Shown: piece after piece, positions 10,986 to 25,848 of the stretch | How positions within the stretch are numbered: position 1 is the stretch's first letter | Layout of the letters: the number at the start of each line of letters is the position of its first letter | Assembly (NCBI GenBank): GCA_001643675.2 | Contig: LSRY02000003.1 | Coordinates: forward strand, 1 to 64,000 | Direction of reading: 5' to 3' | Origin: Monocercomonoides exilis PA203 | Lineage: Eukaryota; Protista; Preaxostyla | Length of the DNA: 64,000 nucleotides | Program-made: the position numbers and the translations under genes | The notes under the pieces: generated by a model | Told to the model about the DNA's origin: nothing | Databases searched by the model: none | The model's input: only the letters and a program-made list of their open reading frames with translations

Positions 10986-13900
10986 TGACATATTAGATAT
11001 GTTAAATGAGAGAGTGGATGATAAAAAAGATGCTATGATGGTAACTTACCACTTCATTTGTGATGATGATGACAGGAATCCAGTTAGCTTATGTGACTTG
11101 GATGTTCTAGGTGAATTGTGACACATACAAAAGAATGAGACAAAAAAACAACCAAAAAATATTTTGATAAAGTCAAATGATAAGTTAAACTTGCATTCTC
11201 CTCTATTGTGTGCTTGCAATGATTTATTCAGGAAAGAACAATTTGAATTTTTTCCAGCAACATCTATTGCAAATGAATTCTTATTTTGAGAGGTTTTTAT
11301 TGAAAGTTTATATTGATGTGTGTTCATGTAATTCCCATTTTGAATCATGAAAATTTGACTATTTCGTATCATCACAATTTTCAAATACTGTGATTTATGG
11401 TTTTTCTTTTTTGTGATTCGAGTTAAGTGTTTGTCTTTTTTGCAATTCATGAATAACATTTTGGTTTTTATTGTTATTCAGGTTCACTGCATTTATTCTT
11501 TTGAGTGAAATAACATTTATTGATAAATTTGAAAGATGACTTAACTAATTCATGTATTGTTTTTCAAAATCTTAATATCAAAGCAAAGAAAAAAGACTTC
11601 TTTTTGTAAAAACCTGAAAACAAAAAATTTTGATTTTTTATTTTTTGGGTCTGAAAATTTTTTCTATGTCTGCCGAAATACATAAATGTTGATAATTGGT
11701 GAGCTATCATTATTTCCATATATTCAGACTTAAATTATGAAATGAAAAAATTTTATATAAAACTGTTTGGTATTCGTTGAGAATATGAAAGATTATCAAT
11801 GATGGAATAAAGTAATTCGAATGTGAGAATTTATTTATTAAGATATCAATTAAAAACAGTTTGAAATATTTTTGTAACATGATTTCAACTCAGTTGAAAA
11901 TAAATAATTGATATGCATAAAGTATTTTAATAACAAGTTTGGATTTGTAGAATATGAAAATTCACATTTGAAGGGGGTCATCGATAACTGAATTATGATG
12001 ATTACGAATTTATAACTTTTAGTAATAAGATAAATTGTTTGTAAATATATAATTAGAATTCAAAATGAATTTTTTTTTGATAAATGTATATATTCATTTC
12101 ATGGAACCTCAATCGTAATTTAAAAAAATAATGCAACATGAACAGAATGACTTTTTTATTCATTCATGTTTATTTATTATTATTTGTTAAAACAAATTTT
12201 ATATGTTAATTTTCATCAAAAATCTCATCAAAATTTACTGATTTTATTTGGAAAAATTTCTTGATCTCCCCTTAATATGCACCAAAAGCAAATGAGATAC
12301 GTTGAGCTATCTCCTTCCGCTTTGCATATTCGTGAAGCTTTCTGGTATTTGATAGTGCTTGCATATGTGCACTGTTGTGGGTTTGTTTCATTTTTTATTT
12401 TTATGCATTTTTATTCAATTAATTCTTCTTTACAAAATTCAGGATTTTTTTATGAAGTCATATACGCTGGGCGTTGTTAAACAGTATGAAGATAAAGAAA
12501 AGTTAGCAGCAAAACGAATACTCCGTTTTTATGATAGAAAATTGCTGTATTTAGTGAAATAAGGGAGAGTTGAGAGAGGGAAAAATATTCCAAATGTTAC
12601 AAAATCGGAAGCACTCTGGCAAAATTTCAATTTTTTTGTACTTCATATAAATAACAATTTGGCACGAAGATCTGAACGTGTGATTTTTTGGTTATAATTT
12701 TTTTTGAATCATTTTTGTCATTAAAGTTTTCTTCTATACTGGAATAAAATTTTAGTTGACATCGAAATAAAACAATTAATAGACAAATGATCTATCAATT
12801 TATATATGCTTTTTTTGAATCATTTTTAACTTGATTAGAAAATCGTGAATATTATAAAAAATAAATTTGAATTTATTAAGTATAACATTCAATTCAAACG
12901 GGTCGAGGATTTAATTTAACTTCCTTTAAATGCCAATTCCATATAGAGAGGATCCAAGGAGGCTGGGACCGGATTGTGTTTGAAAAAGAAAACAGATATG
13001 AATGAAAATGAAGAAGTTTGTTCGATTGATGCTTTCAGAGAAATGTACTCCTGGTTGATGAAAACATAAATGAAAAGATGAAATGAAATCCTTAAAGTGA
13101 TAAGTGTTAAAAAAAAGTTGGTTATTCAACAAAAGTCAAATAAAAAAACAAGATGTATATTCTCACGTGAATAACGATATGAGGTATATTCCAAGATTTG
13201 AATTTCATGCTCATTTTCAACAAATGTTAGGAATAAACACTCATTCCATTGCGTTTAAAGGAATTGAGTGGAAGAAAGTTAAATGAATCGTTGACAATTC
13301 AAAATGTTGGATGAGAGGATTATTAAATGACTGATGCATATACATTGAGAATTTGGATATAGAGTATTCACAATGGTTCATGCTGTTTGAAAATATAGAA
13401 TAAAAAAAAATTAAAATAAAATAAAATATGGGTGATTATTAATGAAATCATAACTATTTTTGAGGTGTTTATTGAAATGAATATGAAAAAAATTAAAATT
13501 AAATATTCTTTGAAATGTGAATTTCATATATATTGAGTCAAAAAAACAATACCTGATGTTAAAGAAAAACAGAGACAATTATTATTAAAGTTATCACATT
13601 TTTGTGCTCATTAACAAATTCTCTTTATAAACATTCACACTTTTATTTTTGTTGGGATAAATATGATTTCAAAAATAATCATCCATATGAACAATATAAT
13701 CCAACAGATTTATCAGAGGAGGAACTGAAGTTGTCCAAGAAGCGTTTTTATTCATATTTCGAAGATGCTATCATCAATGACAAATGTATTTTTGATTAAT
13801 TATCATTTCACAACATTCATCTTTTTTCTTCAGTTGTTTTTTATAAGTTTTTGACACTTACGGAGAAAGAATTGACAATTCTCAAAATTGTTTTATTGCT

Positions 13901-14689
13901 GACATCAACATTGAGCAAAGAGAGCTATGCCGATTGAAAGAACAAACATTATTTCGTTCTGGATAAGAAAACTTTACGTTGAAAGTGTATTATTCTTAAT
14001 GTTATTGTTCCTTCTTGAATCAGGTGCGAATTACAATTCATTAGAAGAAAGAAATACTGTGCTGAAAGATAGATATAAATCAAAGAGCAGAACGGAATTT
14101 ATTAAAGAGGAGAAACAATAAAATGTTTATTGAAAAGGAAGGATTGACGAATAAAAAAAAGGAAAATAAAATAAAACTTTTTCAGAAAAAACGTAACAGT
14201 TTGCTATAATGAAAAAAAGAGATACAATTCCTTTGAAAATGAAAATGGTGAAGCGCGTGAAATTGAAAGGATGAATAAGACATGTAAGATTGCGGAGATG
14301 AAAAAATTCCGATATGTGTTTTGGATTAATCTGTTTTCACGGATTGGTGAAAATAAAACGGCAGTTCTTTTCTATTCCTTGAAGTCACTTTAAACTTATG
14401 CAACTATATTAGCATGTTTGAATATCTTTCGGGTAATAACAATTTGTTTACAATCATTCAATCTCTTTTTCACAATTAATTCTTTTGAACGTTGAATTTT
14501 CAAAAAAAAAGTTTTCACACTTTAATTATTTATATTCAATATTGAGAAGGCGATAAATAAATGTTTCACATTTTTCATTTTCTATTGCCATTATTTATGA
14601 AACATCAAAATAAATGGTGAAAAATAAAATCAATATCAAAAAAAATGTGGAAAAATGAACAAAAATGTATAAAATGTATTTTAAAAGAG

Positions 14690-17600
14690 AAAAAAATCAA
14701 TTGTATTTTTTTTTTCTTTTCTTTCTTTTTTTTTCAGAAGGTTTCTCCATCTGTCAGAACAGTCTCCTGGCGTTCTGTTTTCAAGATGTTCACAAATTCT
14801 AATCCATCCAACTTTTTTATTTCTATTTTCTTTCAAAATATCGTATTCTTCTTTCATCCTTGTTTTTTTTCTTCTTTTTCGGTTTTTATCTTTTTTTTTT
14901 TTCAAGTTTTTGTTAAGTCAAACATTGTTTCTCAATATTAGCTTGATTTTATCTCACAACCATTTTTACATATTCTTTTCTTTCAAAAAAAGTCCAAAAA
15001 ATATCCACTGAATCATCATGACAAACAGGAATCAATTTCCAAATGAATATCAGATTTTTCCTCGCAATTTCACTCCGTGCATTTGATTTCATTTGAAAAT
15101 GTGATCTTGATTCACTCTTCACCAATAATGAAAGATGTTTCAATTTCGATTTCTTATCCAAAACTGGATCTTCTTCTGAATATTAAGAAAGAGCTCTGTG
15201 AAACAAGTGTATGCACGTATCTGTTGAATTGCGCTTTCCGTCCATCTTCTTCTTCAATTTGTTCATAATTTGTTGAATAAAAATTAAAAAAGTGTCACAT
15301 CATAATTCTTCTTCTGTGTCCGAAGTTAGATTCTGTGAAAATTTTATAATTGTTAACATTTTCTTATCAACAACTGACTTATTCTCCTTCTTATTTTTAA
15401 TGAAATTTCTTGTTGCAATTATTGTTCTTGTCGCAACTCGTTTCACAATTGTCATTTCAAATTTTTGAGAAACGGATCCACTCTGTTATCATTGCACATA
15501 TTTTGAATATAGCCGCTCTTTCCTCTCTGTGTGTACCTGCTTTTATTATTGCTGAGCACAGAAAACCACTCCGATAAGAATGAAATAAAAGTTCATCTGG
15601 AGAAAAACCTGCAAATTCTCATCTTTTTTTCAACCTCGTTCTCATTACTTCGGTTCCATCCATCCATTACAGTTTATCTCCATTTTCCTTCTCTGGCCAC
15701 AACTACTCATTATCAAAATCCAAATGAAATTTGTTCAGAATAAACTTTCTCAACCAATAAACAGCATCAAGAGATTTGTCTTCCTCAGATAGTTTTTCTA
15801 ATGTCACTGGATGATTCCAATTTGATGATCCTTTGCACCTCATTAATCGAACATTTACAAACACACTTCCATCATCCTCTTTCACAACTTTTCTAATGTC
15901 ACACAACCTTTCATTTCTGCACGTAATTGCTCTTGCTCCAACATGAAGAGTAAATAAAAATAACGATGCTTCCTCCGCCTTCCCCTCAAAGCAATCTGAA
16001 ATGCTTTCAATCAAAAACTTCACATCTTACGTTACAAGAGGTTGTTTCCCTTCTCCTCTATGTTTCAATGATTTGTCCCTTCTCAATTCCATTATTGTTT
16101 TATTCATTTCATTGTCGAAAGTTCTGTCAATTGGTTTGTTGAGCATTAAACATTGAATTCTTTTCAACGAAGGGATAACCACAGATTGGATAGACCACAC
16201 ACAGCATCTGCATTTATTTGCATAAAAATCTTTGAAATCCATTAAAAAATTCATTTTCCATTGGAAAATGTCTGAAATCAAGGGAATCTACAAATAAATG
16301 AAACAATCGCAAAATTCATGTGTGTTTTTTCAATGTTGATACTGCATAAACTCTTGATTTATTAATGTGCTTATTCATTTTGTTTTTATCAAGATTCTGT
16401 AATAACCCAATATTGTTGGACGATCATTTGAATTATCAGAAACAAAATGCTGCTTTTTGGAGATTTCTGACATATCTTCTTATCTTTGAGAACCGTTCTT
16501 TCTTTCTTCCATATTTTCATCTTCCCTCTCACCTGCATAAATATTTCCATCCTTATCGTCCAATATTTGTCTTTCATTTTTCTTAATGATGTTTCTCAAT
16601 CATTAGCTGTCAATTTCACTTTTTTGTGTCTGTCATATCAATTTTTGTTGATTAAAAATATTTTCCTTTCTTTGCGTTTTGTCCCGTATATACCTCTTCA
16701 GTAATGCTTTCATTCAACTCATCCTCTTTTGTCTTGAACATCCCACTTTCTTCCAGCACGATCCTTTGTAAATGTTGTTATTCTTGTGATTTCTTTTCAG
16801 CTAATTCTGCATCCAGCATTTTGAGAGTTAATAAATTATCCACCATTTGTTTATTCCTCCACTCTTGCTCCTCAGTTTCATCAATGCTGCATTTATTTCG
16901 ATATTTTTCTGTTTTCTTTGTTTGCGAAAAATTTATTATGTTGTTCATTCTGTTGAAAAAACGCTTTTCATTATTGTCTGTTTTTCAAAGAAAATGCTAT
17001 TCCTCGATTTGCCCATCAAAGGCATCCTCCTCCACATGTTGAACCTTATTTAGTATTATCCTCTTATTCTTCGTTTCTTTCTTCCAAAATGAACAGGAAG
17101 CATAGAATTGCTTCATTTTCAGTTTTCTTCAAACTGGACACTTGACACCCATTTGTGGGATACTCTTAAAAAGAAATAATTTCTTTTTGTTTCAGTGGAA
17201 AATGCAAAGAATTGATATTTGTTTTCAAGGTGCCAAATATCAAAATCAATTCTTTCTTTGATTGCTCATTGCAACAGAAATCAGTTCTTTCTGTTTTTGA
17301 TTCATCGATTTTCATCTTTTTTCAAATGGAAAATATGTCCTGTTATTGCGAGATCTTAATACATGGATAGTCATATTTTCATGAGTCTTTTTCTTCGTCA
17401 CTGTCTACTTCTCACTCGCTTTGTTCAGTCGTGAAGCATTAGAAGTTTTTTTCCGCTCATTTTCAGTGGCGTATCTGATGTTTGATTGGAAATAATTATG
17501 AATTTGTGAAGTGGTTTGGATCTTCTGTGTGTCTGTCACTATTAGCGCTTTCGTTAACAATTGAGCTTAAAAAAGAATTTCTTCTGGATTTTTAGAATGA

Positions 17601-17976
17601 TTAGCTGTTTTTTCTAATATTAATAACAAGATTTTCAATGACATTGTTGTCTTCAAAGAAATCTTCATTTTATTTTATATCTTCTTCAACTTAAAAGCAT
17701 TGTCAAGCTTCGCGAAAGATTTTTAAGCTCTTCTCTTTTTTTGACTTTAGGAAAAAGCTCATTTTTTTAATCATTTTGTTCTAATATGATTTCATGTGGT
17801 ACTTGTTCCAAAAAAAGATAAAAAGTCAATGAAATAAAAAAGAAGAAGTTCATAAGAAATCAAGAAAGCTTTCTTTGTGAAATTAACATAAAAATCTTCA
17901 ATGAAACTTCGTAATTCTTCTTTTGTGGAATCAATTCAGCTTCATTTTCATTTTGCATTTTCTTGTTTTCACTCAT
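14690..17976 (-). pseudogene. YR-Myb copy 4: full-length but decayed, inverted
   Basis: Fragments SIQSVVIPSLKRIQ...GEGKQPLVT (16027-16281), EEASLFLFTLHVGARAITC...SLDAVYWL (15703-16023), Myb ENRTPGDCSDRWRNL (14681-14905), and exon-1-like sequence near 17870-17976. Confidence 0.85.
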
Positions 17977-18999
17977 TTTTTGAACAATACAATTATTGAC
18001 CTGAGATATTTTCCGTTGAAGTTTAATTATTTCAAAATTAAATTGAAAAAAATAACTTTTCACATGACAATTGAACTATTTTGACAATATTATTCATTTT
18101 GGAAATAATAGAAAACGAAGCGAAACAACAAATTTGATGTATTTCTTTATTTTGATAGTATATTGCATGGAGCGTTCTTAAAAAAATATAAAAATAAAAA
18201 TAAAATTATTTAAATAGTTTGATATGATCAACTTTTCTAAATAAAAAATAAAAATCACTTTTATTCAACTGAGACAAAGTTTGGTTTTGGGAAAAAGTTG
18301 GACCAAAACAAAAGATTTCTTGTGAATGAAGATTTTCAATGATTTGAGTTTCACATTAAAAAAAGAACATAGTTTTATCTTTCATTTGATATATATTTTT
18401 TGCAATCTCAATAATAATAAATTCAAATTAATTTTTGATTTTCATTTGCAGAATAAAAAATTAGAAATATTTTCTGATTCCAATTTTAAAGAATTGAATT
18501 GTTTCAATCACAGATTTCAATTGATTTATCAAAATAAAAATGATAAGAATCATTGTTACATATAATTATCATTTTAGTGATTTTTTAGATATTATTAAAA
18601 AGTTCAACAAATAGATAAAACCATTTGAAATAATTGAAGTTAATGAAAATGTGAATAAAGTTAATTCAAGGAAATGAAGAAATAATGCATTGATAAAGAT
18701 AAATGAAATATTGAGATATTTTGTTGAAGAGTTATTCTTAAGCGAAAAAAATATTTATTTATATGGAATTGTTATCAATAATTTCTCGAAAAAATATTGC
18801 AACTCATAATAAAATTGAAAGATATCAAATTCTAATTTTTGATAATCTCAATCAAAACATTAGCTTTTTAATATCCGAACCAAAAAGTTAGACAACTTTA
18901 AACAGCTTGAAAGCAATCATTGTCAAGGTTTTTTTTAATTTTTTGTTCGCATATTTATCTTGTTGATTTCATTTTTATTAATTACAATTTTTTTGCGAT

Positions 19000-19750
19000 A
19001 TTTGAAAAGATAAAGAAGCTGAAGAATTGGATAAACCGTATTTCGAAATTCCATCAAACTGGGATGAGTTTTTTACTGAATGCGGGATAGCAACAAAAAG
19101 GAAGACAAAATTACAAAAAACCTTAAAAAAAGCAAACCGTTAACATTACATCGATACACTCAACAATTTTCAATTCTTTCTCCTTCTCTCCATCGCAAAT
19201 ATAAATGGGAGGAAAAACTATACGTGTCATACGCCAAATTACTTAAAAGCCAACCTTTTCCAATAGAATCTTCGACAATTTCTTCATTCATTCAATTTCT
19301 CTTCATTGAATGTTTATATTCAATAAAAAGTGTTGAAAATGTCATCATTTCCTTTTTGAAATCGCAACATCTTCAACTGACAAAAAATTTGACTTTTGTT
19401 GTAATTTGAAACAAACAATTCGATCTTTTTTTTCTGTAAGGAAAAGCAGATGTTTCAAAAAAGAAGGCAAAGAAAAAATTGCAGCATTATTGGATGATGT
19501 AGCTTATGTAATAATAATTAACCATCCAAGCAAATTTTTTTTTTGATTCGGATTGTTCACTTTTTCTATTTGCAGTGGGTTGTGGAACATTGTTAATAAC
19601 ATGCGTCAAGGTTTTTCAGAAGTGCAAATAAAAGTTACAGTTTAGGATTCACATGTGGATTGCTTCCTGGTTGAAATTACAAAAAGAAGGCTAAAGTTCC
19701 ATCAAAATTCGAACCATTCAGTCACAATTGAAGGAAATATTGTTCATTTA
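19000..19750 (+). pseudogene. YR fragment (copy 5)
   Basis: KYKWEEKLYVSYAKLLKSQPFPIESSTISSFIQFLFIECLYS, followed by degenerate CSLFLFAVGCG and NHSVTIEG matching the copy-1 core. Confidence 0.7.
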
Positions 19751-20273
19751 AGTTTGCAGGTTTGGATTAAATCAGACAAAAACTTGTGAAATATTAAATA
19801 GAACAGTTTATGAGCCTTCTAATAGTTTGAAAGTTACAGAAAAAACGATATTTTATGTTATTTTTTATAATGCGGACAAAAATCAACAAAATTCTTTGTT
19901 TAATGCTTGTAATTTTTATTTAAAATAATACTATAACCAAAACAAAACACCAACAAAGTGTTATTTGAATTTTTCTGATTCAGCTTTGTTTATTCTTTAT
20001 CATTGAACAAGATAATTACTCTTCACAAACTGTTTTATCATCTCCAACACAAAATTTTTCTTTTAATTTTTCTCTTTCTTTTACCTCTCCGAAACATCCA
20101 CAAAGCAGAGCATTTGATTGTCCATCTGAGTTTTTTTTATTAATATTTATTTTAAAATATATAAATAATGTTGTGATATTTGTATTTTATTTTCAAAAAA
20201 TCTAAACACAAAAGTTTACACTGGAAAATTTTGATTATCAGAAAGAAATAAAAATAGATGCACTCGTCCCAGA

Positions 20274-23070
20274 TGAAGCATATACCGCAAGAGAGGAAGT
20301 GTGCAAAAAGATGATGAAACTGATGCAACACTTCCTCTCTCCCACAAAACAAAAAACTCCACAAACACATCACTCTTCTCTCCCCTTCTCCACTCCTCTT
20401 CGAAATAATTCTTATTTTTCTGAAATCTCAACACCTCACAAAACAACCAAAACACTCCTTCCAACACAAGAAATTAACTCTGCATCTGTAGAAAAAGAAA
20501 AAGTGAAATGTGAAAATGAAAAGGATGAAAAAAGAGAAGATAATTTAAATGAAAATAGTGACTCGGACAATGAAAGTTCTGATTGTAATTTGGGTTTTTT
20601 GGATTCTTCCGGTGAATCGGAAGAAAATGAATTTTGAGGAAGATGACATAGAAGAAAAAGCTCATTCAAGTATTGAAGAAAAGCAAGATGAAAAAGAAAT
20701 GGAATTGAAAATGAAATTATTGGACACGGATGTTTTTCATGACAGTGCAAAGAAAAGAAATAAGCACTTGATAGAAAGAGCTGATGTGTTATCAGCAATG
20801 ATAACTTCAGACAATACACATCAAAACAATTCCTCTGATTCATCTCCCTCTTCTACTACAACATTTTCATCCGCTTCTTCCTCCTCCTCATCCTCCTCCA
20901 CATCCTCCTCCTCTGCTACAACAACATCCACCTCTCAATCTCAACAATTGTATATTTCCCATGAGTTTCCCACGAAGATGTGCGCTGTGTTAATGAGAGT
21001 GGGGAAAGATGGTGCGAAGTTATACATGAAGATAAAAACACTATTGTCAAAAGCAACACAAAAAAAGCACTGTTGGGTGGAGAGGTTGCTTATTAAATAT
21101 GCAGAAGTTGTTGAGGAAAAACCATGGCCACTTTCACCAAATCTCGCATTCGCATTTGTCCTTTTCTGTGAAAAGGAATGCATGCATCCTTTATCATATA
21201 TTGGAAACATCATTGTACCTTTTTTGAAAAGTATAAATATTGAAAAAAGAGGAAAAAGATTAAATAGAAAACCAAACATCGCAATGAGAGAAGTCGTGCG
21301 TTGTCTTCGTTTCGCTAGAAATGTGGAAAAGAATGTAATGGAAAAGAACCAGCATTAATCAAGGATGTTTCAAGAATAGTTGAATTCAAACCTTCATCAC
21401 TGGAGTCCAAGAAGATGGAGGCTTCCCTGTACTTGGTGGCCATCCACACTGGGGCGCGGGCTATCACTTTGGCAAACGTGCATCTATCAGACATAACAAG
21501 AGTAATTAAATCAGAAAAAACAAAGAAATTTCTATGCATACTTCGACATAATCGAACAAAGGGCTCATCCAACTGGAGGCACGAAGTGACAATTGAAGGA
21601 TTGGAGGAGGAAGAAAGCGGAGATGATCCTGTTTATTGGCTGTCTGCTTATCAAAGGAAAAGATGTGTAACAACGTTATCAGAATGGATGGAAAAAAAGA
21701 GTGGAGCAAACCTTGAAGAACTGCTTTGACCTATCATCACCGACTCCATGCGCGAACGCTTCAAAACTCGAGCGGTTAATGCGGGCTATCCGAGGAGCCT
21801 CTTCTGCTTTCATTCTTTCCGCAGCGGCTTTATTTGTTCGGCTCTGAATAAATGTGGTGCAAAAGAAGAAAAGCAAAAAGAAATATTAGAAAAAACAGTA
21901 TTTATTGCAGGTTGGAAACCTTTCAAAATTCCTAATGCGGGTTACATCAAAAGCGTTGTCAAGCAAGCCATGATTGCTTCCAGGCTGGTTGTAATGATGG
22001 AAAGTGGGAGAACAAGCCAATTATTGATGAAACGCTTTCAGAATTACGAACATTTCACGGGATTGATTTTTCGTTCAAAAAAAAAATATCATAATGCATA
22101 TAAACACCTTGAAAAAGATTAAAATGAAAAATAAAAGCAATCTTTTGAATTGATCTTATTCTTCCAACGAAAAAGGAAAAGTTCAAAAAAAGTTGTTAAA
22201 AATTATGTTTGAATAAAAGAATAACGATGAGTGGTTTTCAAAAAAAAAATTAAGAAAATTCAAATTCAAAATGAGAAAAATCATAAATACATTGACAGAT
22301 TGAGAGTGCATGCCTGAGTTGCTAATGTTTTCATTACACATAATCTCATTGATGAGGAGGTTGTTGTTTCAGAATTAGCTTATGAGCTTTGTTCAAAGAT
22401 GAAAAAATGACAATTGAACAGGTCAATTGAAAAAGAACTCTCCATCGACTGTTGAACCAACAATTCAAATGAAAAAATTAAGGATAAAGGAGAAAAATGA
22501 AGATACATGTTTTGAATGAAATACAATGAACGAATAAAACAATTTGAAGATGTTGAGATTGATTGAAAATGAAAATGGAAAACTGAAGTTGTTCAAAAAT
22601 AATTAAAGATAAATAAAATTGGTGACAAACATTTTTTTCATATGTTTGAAAAAAGCAGTTTCGATGACAAGCAAGAATTGTCAATAAAATGAAAGGTGAA
22701 TTTCAAGAAGTCGCCTTTCTTAAATGACTAGCTTTTTCCAGACAAAGAAATGAAAAATGAATTTGAAGAAAACAAAGTATATTTCGAAAAAGTTAGAAAG
22801 AGAAGACAAAGAAGAAAAACACACCTTTAATTCGAATGGGAATAAAAGGAAAGAAAATGAACGAAGAGGAAAATGGATGAAGAGGACCACTTTGATGACA
22901 ATTTTGTTTCTGAAATGTTTTTAAAGTGGTAGCTCTTCAAGTCACGAAACATAAGACAAAAGCGAAGTAAAGACGAAGTTGAGTGTGCTCGAGTTGAAGA
23001 TGAAAAGAAAAAGGTGTGTTTGTGCAATGAACTGTCTTGCATATTATTGCCTTTGGCCATTCACAAATAT
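20274..23070 (+). pseudogene. YR copy 6: frameshifted, C-terminus decayed
   Basis: ATQKKHCWVERLL...PWPL, EASLYLVAIHTGARAITL, RTKGSSNWRHEVTIE, FCFHSFRSGFICSAL and IAGWKPF. The 3' end is approximate. Confidence 0.85.
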
Positions 23071-23219
23071 TAAATAAAATTTTTATTCCTTATTATTTTG
23101 AAACCTCTCATCATTATATTCTTATCTTCTTTGTTCATATTATAATTTGAATAATTTTTTGCTAAACTCCGCCAAAACCTCATGAAACGTTCCCAATGTG
23201 ATGCTGAGACTGTTGAAGG

Positions 23220-25617
23220 GGCATAGGTCTAAATTGTACCAGTAGTGAATATGATATAATTTGATGAATATTTGAAATATTATTGATTGTCATAATTAAT
23301 TAACACTGTACTATCAAAAAAATTTCATAAATTTTTAATTCAAAAAGCAAACAAAAATTTTTGATCAAACCCATAAAAATACTTTCATTTTTTCATTTTT
23401 TTATTTTATGAATGTATTTGAGCTATGTTTTGATTATTAACTGCATTTATTGTTTTGTTGTTTTTTTCATTTCATCTTCTTTTTAAAGAAAAGAACAAAT
23501 CAGAATATTGTTTTATATTTTCTTTGAATATTCAAATTGCAAGGTTTGAAAAGAATGCATTGAATAACATGTGAAATATCAAGACAATTTGAAAAAGTCT
23601 TCATTTATATTTAGAAATATTTTCTTACAAGAATTCAATATCACTCCGTCTTTCGAAAATGATATCCAATGCGAACTTGGCTTGTTGAAGAAGTCAACTC
23701 AGCTTTTATTCCCACTCCATTCCCATTCGCACACTCACATCCTTCAATTGTTGTATTCCACACCATAAATGTCTCTCCTCTCTTTATCCTCTTTGCCATC
23801 ACCACTTCATCTCCTGTTGTCCGATTCACATTTCGTATTGTCAAATTTCCAGAAGACTTTCTCCTGATATTGATTCTGTTGATGATAGTTCAGTGAACAG
23901 AGGTCGATTCGCTTTCATATTTTTTATCTCGACATCAACCATCTTTAGCCATGAGAAGAATGTCATAAACACAGATGAACATGTCACACATTCTCCACAA
24001 ACACTCTACGAGATCAAAACATCCTCCGGAGAAAGAGCCTCGCTCTCCACAGGCACCACAAATACGCTCGGTGAAGAATCTCTTGTCGCGTAGTGATCAA
24101 TTCCCACATGCCCTACCGCTTGCTGCCCGCTTGCCACACTGAACAGCGTTTTTGAAGATGAAGAAAGTGAATTCGTCCCAATCACACTTACTTCCTTCCC
24201 TTTCCCCAAAACAGAAATCTTCATAAATCCAAAATTAATTGTTGCTGTCTCTTCATTGCAATGATTCCCTTCCAACAGAGAAACCACTTAACTTGTCTGT
24301 GTTCTACTCCAATTGACTGCAATGTCAATGGCATGGAATGCAGTAATCTCATCCGTTTCGCACAACTGGTCTGTGCTGCTATCCGCTCACTGCGACAAAT
24401 CGGTTGAGAATCCCTCTCTTCAGCTAATCCTTCTTTTCCGTGTGCTGAACAGACCAGTTGCTTCCCGTATAATTGTATGCACAGCACGCCCTCTGTTCAT
24501 CTGTGTTTGTGGTGGAGCATTATTTGAACGGATTTCCTGTGCTCAAAAAAACATTGTAATAATCTGCAAATTCTAAATCATGCCCATATGGAATATTAGC
24601 AGAGCATTTGCATTCATGAAAGAAAAGGAAATAACAATAGCACCTATCAACTAGCCCTGTTGCTTGATTTGGATCCAGTCTCATTCCCCCACCTTGTGAC
24701 GAAGCTGTACAGGAGATAAACTGAACGCTCCTCATTTTGAATTGATAAGGAACAGTAGCCCAATACAGGCCTCCTCCATTTGATCCAGAAAGTGAGCATG
24801 AAGTGAAAATGCAGTCGAATACACATGCACTCTCTCCTCCTTCATTTTCTGCTTCAATGCATCCTATTCCTGAAACGTTAAAATTATTAAGATTAAGAAC
24901 ACCTCCATAGCTATTTGCTTTTCAATTCTGGAATTCACATCCTCTGATCTGAGCACACGTAGAAATTCAATTCACATATAACCCTCCTCCATATTGATTT
25001 TGTGCTGTACAGGCGTTGAACACATTATTTTCGATATCCACAAAATCAATTGATAGGCACATAATTCCACCTCCACAACTGAATGAAAAACAGTTATTAA
25101 ACAGACAATGTGAAACAGATAGTTCTCCATTTCCCTTGCTGTACATGAAAATAGCCCCTCCACTCGATTTTCCATCAGTGCACGAGTCGCTTTCTCCTGT
25201 TGTCTTCGATCCACCCCATTCTCACCTAATTAATTATTTTTCTTCATTTATAATTTAGTTCTCTGTTAAAAACTTCTAATTATCAAGCATGCATCATTGT
25301 TCTAATATAATTTGATCACAACCAACGAAAAGCAAATTTATGAAATAAAATCATTGAAACACGAAGAAATTTATTTTATGTGAACATTAATTCGGTTATT
25401 AACAATTTAACTGTCACAATACGTTTGTAAAAATAAAAAATGAAAAAAATAAAAGTGTTTTTATGGGTTTGATCATATATTTTTGTTTTATTTTTTAATA
25501 AAAGATTTTTGAAATTTTTTTGATAGTACAGTGTTAATTAATTATGACAATCAATAATATTTCAAATATTCATCAAATTATATCATATTCACTACTGGTA
25601 CAATTTAGACCTATGCC
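23220..25617. mobile_element. Non-autonomous TIR element with Merlin-like ends (GG...CC, 8-bp TSD) carrying host-gene cargo
   Basis: ~107-bp essentially perfect TIR GGCATAGGTCTAAATTGTACCAGTAGTG..., extending imperfectly to ~200 bp; TSD GTTGAAGG at 23212-23219 and 25618-25625. Confidence 0.92.
23640..25230 (-). pseudogene. Cargo: disrupted fragment of a Cys/Gly-rich beta-helix (pectin-lyase-like) repeat protein gene
   Basis: Minus-strand repeats such as SSGGAIFMYS, CLFNNCFSFSCGGGI, FNACTAQNQYGGGLY, FTSCSLSGSNGGGLY and FISCTASSQGGGMRL; multiple stops and frameshifts. Confidence 0.65.
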
Positions 25618-25848
25618 GTTGAAGGGATGTAAAACCACATGCACGCTACACCAAACTTGGTGTGAATAAACAATTTTCTTTTCTTCGAAAATAATGACTT
25701 TTTTCGATAATTTCTGTCATTCCTTTTCATAAATGTTTTAGAATCCAATCAAAATGCAATGCATTATGAATCATCAAATAATGTATGCATGTACCAATTT
25801 TGAACGTGATCGGTTTGTCCTATTTAGAAATAATGTTAAATTGAATTA

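Noticed and set aside
11046-14400. Short ORFs and coding-like patches between YR copies 3 and 4
   Set aside because: No motif I can identify with confidence; may be very old remnants.
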